A DNA stretch of 64,000 nucleotides. It comes from Chlorobium sp. (GTDB lineage Bacteria; Bacteroidota; Chlorobiia; Chlorobiales; Chlorobiaceae). Of the stretch, positions 58,759 to 64,000 are shown one piece after another (positions within the stretch are counted from its first letter, which is position 1; each line of letters starts with the position of its first letter). Location: contig SZXX01000040.1 in NCBI GenBank assembly GCA_005843825.1, forward strand, positions 2,215 to 66,214. Direction: 5' to 3'. The notes under the pieces are model-generated. The model saw only the letters and a program-made list of their open reading frames with translations, was not told the origin of the DNA and ran no database searches. Position numbers and translations under genes: made by a program.

Positions 58759-58971
58759 TTACACATCTGTAAAATGAGATCCATTACTAACGTGTTGAAC
58801 CAAAACGAATAATAAAGCTTCAGCAACATCATAACCCTCATTAATCAGTTGGCTGTACAGGGCTTTCAGGTAGGGCCATGCGTCTGGTATATAAGGCAAC
58901 CCACTCGACTCAGTAAGATCTGATATATTGACTGATTCAATCTCAAGCGTGTCATAATTATAGAATTCCAT
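58759..58971 (-). CDS. Orphan acidic 70-aa ORF (hypothetical)
   Basis: The only ORF in an ~800-bp low-coding gap. No recognisable motif. Confidence 0.2.
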   Translation of the reverse strand: MEFYNYDTLEIESVNISDLTESSGLPYIPDAWPYLKALYSQLINEGYDVAEALLFVLVQHVSNGSHFTDV

Positions 58972-59270
58972 GAGTCCTTTAATAAATTTTTAGTATTTCG
59001 AATCTATATACTTCAATTACTATGCCAAATAGAAGACTCAACTGGGAAACCGGGCATACCTCAGCATATTCATTGAAAATCCATGAGTAACCCAAAGTCA
59101 CTTATCAACAAAAATTTTATAATTACGAGGATTCACAGAGGCGGTACGTCAATCTTGCAGAATAGAGCTGAAATGACAAAGCCCCAGACTCCAAGGCAGG
59201 AGTGCGGGGCATAATCGAAAGCGGATACCAGCCGGTATCGCTTTATAAAAAGGGAAACGCCAAGGGGAAT

Positions 59271-59750
59271 CTATTTGACGAAGATCTCCAGTATCTCAAA
59301 ATGCAGCTCACCTTTAGGTACCAGGATCGAAACTTTCTCTCCGACACCTTTTCCTATCAGTGCCCTTCCGACTGGAGAACGGACAGAAATTTTACCTAAA
59401 TCGGTATCTGCCTCTTCGGAAGAGACAAGCGTATACTCTATAATTTCATTAGGATCATCAAGATTGCGCAGCTTTACAGAGGTCAGTATATAGACCTTAT
59501 CGGTCTTGATGTGCTTAGGGTCAAGAATCGTTGCTGCTGCAAGCTTATTTTCAAGATCGGCAATGCGAGCTTCTGTATGAGACTGTTCCTCTCGTGCCGC
59601 ATCGTATTCAGCATTTTCGCTCAGATCACCATGGGCTCTTGCTTCTGCAATCTTTTCCAGAACTTCCCTTCTGGTTTCATGAACCAGCACATACAGCTCC
59701 TCTTTCAGCCGGTTATACCCATCATTGGTCAGGTAAATTCTGTCAGTCAT
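59271..59750 (-). CDS. greA: Transcription elongation factor GreA
   Basis: LT..GY..L..EL......R.E....[19 protein letters not shown]-terminal FKBP-like ISV.SP.G.AL.GK..G. Confidence 0.95.
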   Translation of the reverse strand: MTDRIYLTNDGYNRLKEELYVLVHETRREVLEKIAEARAHGDLSENAEYDAAREEQSHTEARIADLENKLAAATILDPKHIKTDKVYILTSVKLRNLDDPNEIIEYTLVSSEEADTDLGKISVRSPVGRALIGKGVGEKVSILVPKGELHFEILEIFVK

Positions 59751-59836
59751 CTCTTGTACTTTTTTTATTTAATAATAAGGACATAACCACAAATAGCGTG
59801 ACTTTTTCGACAATCGGAGAGGATAGAATACAAAAA

Positions 59837-59870
59837 AAGTAAAGTCAGCTCGGCGCTGCTGACTTTACTT
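59837..59870 (-). terminator. Rho-independent terminator of htrA
   Basis: 13-bp stem AAGTAAAGTCAGC / GCTGACTTTACTT. On the minus strand it is followed by TTTTTTTG. Confidence 0.8.
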
Positions 59871-59912
59871 CAAAGTAATGTACAACTCTTAATCCGTCAG
59901 GCAAAAAAAACT

Positions 59913-61448
59913 TTACACATTAAACGCTAAATAGATTTTGCTCCCTTCCCTGTCAATAAGCAGGAACAAAAGGTCTCCACTTTTGACAGTGCTGACAAGG
60001 GTGCTGTACTGCGCAAACGAGGTGACACTCTGCCTGTTCACAGAAAGAATGATATCGCCACGTCTTACGCCAGCCTGGTAAGCATTTGAAGATTGCGAAA
60101 TAGAGGTAACGATCACTTTACCGGCACCGGGCTTCCGGTTCAGCTTCTGAGCTGTCTCGGCAGTAAGCTCTTCAGCCTTGAAACCAAGCGCGGACGTTAC
60201 TTTTTCTTCACCCTTTGAGCGAGATGAGACCTCCTTACCGGTCTGTTCTTCAAGACGTATGCTGAAAAGCCTTATAGCGCCATCCCTCTGCACCCTGATC
60301 TTCACTGTTGCTCCTGGTGACTGGCTGGCAATGGTATTACGAAGCGCAACGCTGCTCGTGACCTTTGCCCCATTAAAATCGAGGATGATGTCACCGGTTT
60401 TCACCCCGGCTTTGGCTGCAGGACTGCCGTCAACAACCGTTCCGACCAGCACGCCTTCAACCACCTTCAGATGCATGGCTTTTGCAAGATTATCATCAAT
60501 ATCCTGAATGCTGACACCGAGATAGCCACGGGAAACCTTGCCGGTAGTAATGAGTGAAGTGAGAACCTTTTTGGCCATATTTGAAGGAACGGCAAAACCA
60601 ATGCCCTCAAATCCGCCGGTCCGGCTTGCTATAGCAGTATTGATGCCGACCAGCTCACCATTGATATTGACGAGGGCACCTCCGGAATTACCGGGATTGA
60701 TAGCCGCATCGGTCTGTATAAAATCCTCATAGTCCGCAAGTCCTACATTTGCACGGCCTTTGGCGCTGACGATACCCTGCGTGACTGTTCGGGCAAAATT
60801 TTCACCAAGGGGGCTTCCTATGGCTATAACCCATTCAGCAACCCTGAGCTTGTCGCTGTCGCCGATGATAATAGGTTTAAGACCTTTGGCGTTAACCTTT
60901 ATAACTGCAAGATCGGTTTTCGGATCCTTGCCGATAACCTTTGCATCAATTTTGCGGTTGTCAAAGGTGCGTATATAGACCACATCGGCATCATCAACGA
61001 CATGATTATTGGTGAGAATATAACCGTCATCTGTGACGATAACCCCTGACCCGAGGCCACGCTGAACCTGTGATCGACCATTGCGGGAACCGCTCTCCGG
61101 TTTGTCGAAAAAGTCATCGAAGCCATGCCCGAAAAAACCGTCAAAAGAATGACCAAAAAAGTCCATCGGACTGATCCCTCTTTCGGCCACTTTCTTTTCG
61201 GTAAAAATCGTCACTACTGATGGAGTTGCAGACTCAGCGATCTGCACAAAAGCGTCGTTAAAGCTTTTGAGCGATTGTATTGGATAATTTTCAAACGTGT
61301 TCTTTGCTGTAGCAAAATTCGGCCTGCCGGAGATAGTCGGGCCATTGACAGAAAGGTTGAACTCAACGTTGGAGAACACAAGCGCCCCAACAGCTATGCC
61401 TGCAAAAACAAGAAGCAGGTATTTCAGTAACTTGTTATTCTTGCTCAT
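59913..61448 (-). CDS. htrA: Periplasmic serine endoprotease HtrA/DegP/DegQ (two PDZ domains)
   Basis: Catalytic triad context (TNNHVV, D.A..K, GNSGGALVN), followed by two PDZ-like segments. Confidence 0.9.
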   Translation of the reverse strand: MSKNNKLLKYLLLVFAGIAVGALVFSNVEFNLSVNGPTISGRPNFATAKNTFENYPIQSLKSFNDAFVQIAESATPSVVTIFTEKKVAERGISPMDFFGHSFDGFFGHGFDDFFDKPESGSRNGRSQVQRGLGSGVIVTDDGYILTNNHVVDDADVVYIRTFDNRKIDAKVIGKDPKTDLAVIKVNAKGLKPIIIGDSDKLRVAEWVIAIGSPLGENFARTVTQGIVSAKGRANVGLADYEDFIQTDAAINPGNSGGALVNINGELVGINTAIASRTGGFEGIGFAVPSNMAKKVLTSLITTGKVSRGYLGVSIQDIDDNLAKAMHLKVVEGVLVGTVVDGSPAAKAGVKTGDIILDFNGAKVTSSVALRNTIASQSPGATVKIRVQRDGAIRLFSIRLEEQTGKEVSSRSKGEEKVTSALGFKAEELTAETAQKLNRKPGAGKVIVTSISQSSNAYQAGVRRGDIILSVNRQSVTSFAQYSTLVSTVKSGDLLFLLIDREGSKIYLAFNV

Positions 61449-61472
61449 CGGATCTATAAGGATTTATTACTG

Positions 61473-62963
61473 TTACGATAAAACCTCAATATTTTCAACG
61501 GCGGTTAACCCCGCCTTCATTTTATTCATGGTTTCCTGATACTCCGCCTCGGGTGTTGAATCAGCGACAATACCTCCCGCAGCCTGGAAGTAAATAGTAG
61601 CATCTTCAATAACCATGGTGCGGATGGCAATAGCGGTCTTGAGATTTCCTTTGAAATCAAGAAATCCTACAGCTCCGCCATACAATCCCCGTTTCTCTTT
61701 TTCAAGCTCGTAAATGATCTCCATGGCTCGAACCTTTGGAGCGCCGGTAAGTGTGCCGGCAGGGAAACATGACCAGAAGGCATCCATAGTGCCAAGATCA
61801 TCACGAAGTTCACCGCGCACATTACTGACAATATGCATCACATGCGAATATTTTTCAACAATCATCATCTCATTGGTTTCGACCGTACCGATTTTAGCAA
61901 TTCTGCCAATATCGTTCCGGCTTAGATCAATAAGCATGAGGTGCTCGGCCAGCTCCTTTTCGTCTGTGAGCAGCTCTTGAGCAATGCGTTCATCTTCTTC
62001 AAAACTGCTGCCGCGATGGCGTGTACCGGCAATGGGGCGGGTATCTACAATACGCCGTCCGGAAGTGTCGCGTTCAACCTTTACAAGAAGTTCCGGAGAG
62101 GAACCGACAATTTCAAACTCCTTCAAGTCGAAATAGTAGAGATAAGGCGACGGGTTGATGGTTCGCAGCATCCTGTAGACATCAAACGCCCGGGTATTCA
62201 AGGGACGCCGGAGGCGCTGTGAAATCTGTACCTGAAAAATATCTCCGGCGAGAATATGCTCTTTAGCCGTTCTGACTTTCTGCAGGTACTCCTCTTTCGG
62301 AGTATTGGAAACCACCTCTTCAGGACGTTCAGGCTGGAACATAATCTCCTCACGCTCGAGAGGCCGGAACATCTGTTCGGCTATAAGATCTATTTTCTTT
62401 AAAGCATCCGGCTTGTCTGTATCATCAAGGTAATTGGTGACGATGAAGACCTTGCGGAGAATATTATCGAAGATGACCAGCGTATCACAGAAGAGAAGAA
62501 AAATGTCGGGCATCCCTGCCGGATCAGGAAGTTCCGGTTTTGGAATCCTTTCGACGAGATGCATTGAATCGTAACCGAAATAACCGAAAACACCCGATGT
62601 AATCATCTGGGGTGCGCCGTTCTTCTTCCTTGGTATCTCTTCAGTGTCAAATGCGGCAAGACAAAGGTCAATCTTTAAACGGAGATTTTTTTCCTCTCCT
62701 GCAATTTTTCCAAGATCCTGGAATTTTTCATCCAGAATTTCGATATCTCCGGGTCCGTCAACTGTTCCTCTAAGGATGGCAACCGGGTCGATGGCTATAT
62801 AAGAAAACCTGGCAAGAAGCTCCTCTCCCTCAACCGATTCGAGCAGGCATGAAAAAGGACGCTTCAGTTTGAGATATACTGAAACAGGCGTTTCTGTATC
62901 AGCATGAACCTCCTTGAAAAGCGGCTTTAGAGTATAGGGCGCATGCCGTTGTTGTACTGGCAT
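61473..62963 (-). CDS. trpE: Anthranilate synthase component I
   Basis: LLESVEG, chorismate-binding C-terminus (FPAGTLTGAPKVRAMEII, GLYGGAVGF, IAIRT). Confidence 0.95.
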   Translation of the reverse strand: MPVQQRHAPYTLKPLFKEVHADTETPVSVYLKLKRPFSCLLESVEGEELLARFSYIAIDPVAILRGTVDGPGDIEILDEKFQDLGKIAGEEKNLRLKIDLCLAAFDTEEIPRKKNGAPQMITSGVFGYFGYDSMHLVERIPKPELPDPAGMPDIFLLFCDTLVIFDNILRKVFIVTNYLDDTDKPDALKKIDLIAEQMFRPLEREEIMFQPERPEEVVSNTPKEEYLQKVRTAKEHILAGDIFQVQISQRLRRPLNTRAFDVYRMLRTINPSPYLYYFDLKEFEIVGSSPELLVKVERDTSGRRIVDTRPIAGTRHRGSSFEEDERIAQELLTDEKELAEHLMLIDLSRNDIGRIAKIGTVETNEMMIVEKYSHVMHIVSNVRGELRDDLGTMDAFWSCFPAGTLTGAPKVRAMEIIYELEKEKRGLYGGAVGFLDFKGNLKTAIAIRTMVIEDATIYFQAAGGIVADSTPEAEYQETMNKMKAGLTAVENIEVLS

Positions 62964-63013
62964 AAAAAGTGGAAACTGAATTGGTTATTGTTACAGCGTA
63001 ATTAAAAAATATT

Positions 63014-63505
63014 TTGTATAGTAAAAAAGTAAACCGCAGTTACTCGCCGGAAACAGCCCGAAAGCAATCAGTAAGAATGCCCCTTTTAAGGTTCAGAAAA
63101 AAATTTGTTTTACACTGGCTTATGGCCTTTATGCTTTCCCCCGGCGTACTGTTTCCTGCCGCATATCTGTTTCTTTATCTCTCTACCAATATCTATCTGA
63201 ATGCCGATTTCAAAACCAACCTTTCCAAATCGGTCGAGAGAGCAACCGGCAATACCTGGCAGACAAACATCTCGTCAATCAAACCCGGCTGGGGTTTTGA
63301 TTCCATGACCCTCAATCATGTTGAACTCACAAAAGCAACAAACCGAGGAATCAGATCGAACGATGAGAACCGGACAATTACCATCAACAACCTCGAGATT
63401 CCAGTTCCCGATATTCAAAAGCTGCTTTTCAGCAACACCGATCGTATAGCGTCAACGAATGCCCTTTGCAAAATAATTATCGCACAGAAGGGGCTCGATC
63501 AATGA
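63014..63505 (+). CDS. Hypothetical membrane-anchored protein
   Basis: One TM segment (WLMAFMLSPGVLFPAAYLFLYL). TTG start in the track, though the ATG at 63077 (MPLLRF) is more plausible. No motif recognised. Confidence 0.35.
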   Translation: MYSKKVNRSYSPETARKQSVRMPLLRFRKKFVLHWLMAFMLSPGVLFPAAYLFLYLSTNIYLNADFKTNLSKSVERATGNTWQTNISSIKPGWGFDSMTLNHVELTKATNRGIRSNDENRTITINNLEIPVPDIQKLLFSNTDRIASTNALCKIIIAQKGLDQ

Positions 63506-64000
63506 ACTATCAACCCTGTACGCTGCAACCGGATTGAACTGATTTTGCTCACAAGATCGGTAAAAATTGACAAATCAGGATTCCATGACCAGTAGACCAT
63601 GAGTGCCTGACCAACAATATCTTTTTCCGGCAAAAAACCCCAGAATCGGCTGTCAAGACTGTTATCGCGATTGTCGCCCATTGCGAAATAGTAGTTTGAC
63701 TGAACGGTATAGTTCTGAACCGGAGAGCCATCTATAAAAACCGTTCTTCCCTGCAGGCTCACATCATGCCCTTCATCGGCAATAAGCGAACTGTAAAGAG
63801 GGTATGTTCCGAGGGTTAATCTTACGACATCTCCTTTGCGGGGAATGCGGAGAGGGCCGTAGTTATCCTTGTTGTAATCTGAATACTGGGGGAAAATCAT
63901 GTAATCCCCATCTCTGGCAGCCATACGGCTTCCAATAAACTGGGCATGCGGCGGCAGAGGTGAGGGTTTTTTATTGATAGAGAGCTGTTGGCCATGAATT
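63499..64000 (-). CDS. lepB: Signal peptidase I, C-terminal part (gene continues past the window end)
   Basis: YFAMGDNRDNSLDSRFWGF.P....VG.A. is the conserved LepB box D/E. The reading frame stays open upstream of the listed Met through position 64000. Confidence 0.85.
   Translation of the reverse strand, partial: IHGQQLSINKKPSPLPPHAQFIGSRMAARDGDYMIFPQYSDYNKDNYGPLRIPRKGDVVRLTLGTYPLYSSLIADEGHDVSLQGRTVFIDGSPVQNYTVQSNYYFAMGDNRDNSLDSRFWGFLPEKDIVGQALMVYWSWNPDLSIFTDLVSKISSIRLQRTGLIVH

Overview
This is a gene-dense chromosomal window with about 55 credible CDS. I found no rRNA, tRNA, CRISPR array, transposase or integrase. The gene content points to a green sulfur bacterium (Chlorobiaceae-like). 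Supporting genes are a bchF-bchC-bchX cluster, a hemX-like/hemA/hemC/hemD cluster plus hemB, a PucC/BCD-family MFS protein and a CsmB/F-like small chlorosome-type protein. Housekeeping genes include typA, aroC, cysE, thiC (with a clear TPP riboswitch), tpiA, greA, htrA, trpE, lepB (truncated at the window end), recD2, queD and hsp20.

Functional islands:
- A Pho-type module on the minus strand: porin, pstS, phoB, phoR. An array of four 11-bp-phased hexamer repeats (Pho-box-like) lies upstream of the porin.
- A putative copper-uptake module: a small Cys-motif membrane protein, a Cys-cluster outer-membrane barrel, and an OprC-like TonB-dependent receptor carrying C-x3-M and H-x-M motifs.
- An ECF-type Ni/Co transporter (CbiM/PDGLE/CbiQ/CbiO).
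- A Na+-translocating methylmalonyl-CoA-decarboxylase-type cluster in the order A-D-C-B.
- A 6.6-kb two-partner-secretion adhesin (TpsA) with its TpsB. The passenger is highly repetitive and atypical.
- The most unusual item: a tightly coupled minus-strand operon encoding an AfsA-like hotdog protein, a flavin amine-oxidase/PPO-like enzyme and a hybrid histidine kinase with two receiver domains. This could be an undescribed small-molecule signalling system.

All calls rest on reading the supplied translations and DNA by eye. No database search was run, and several start codons are ambiguous.
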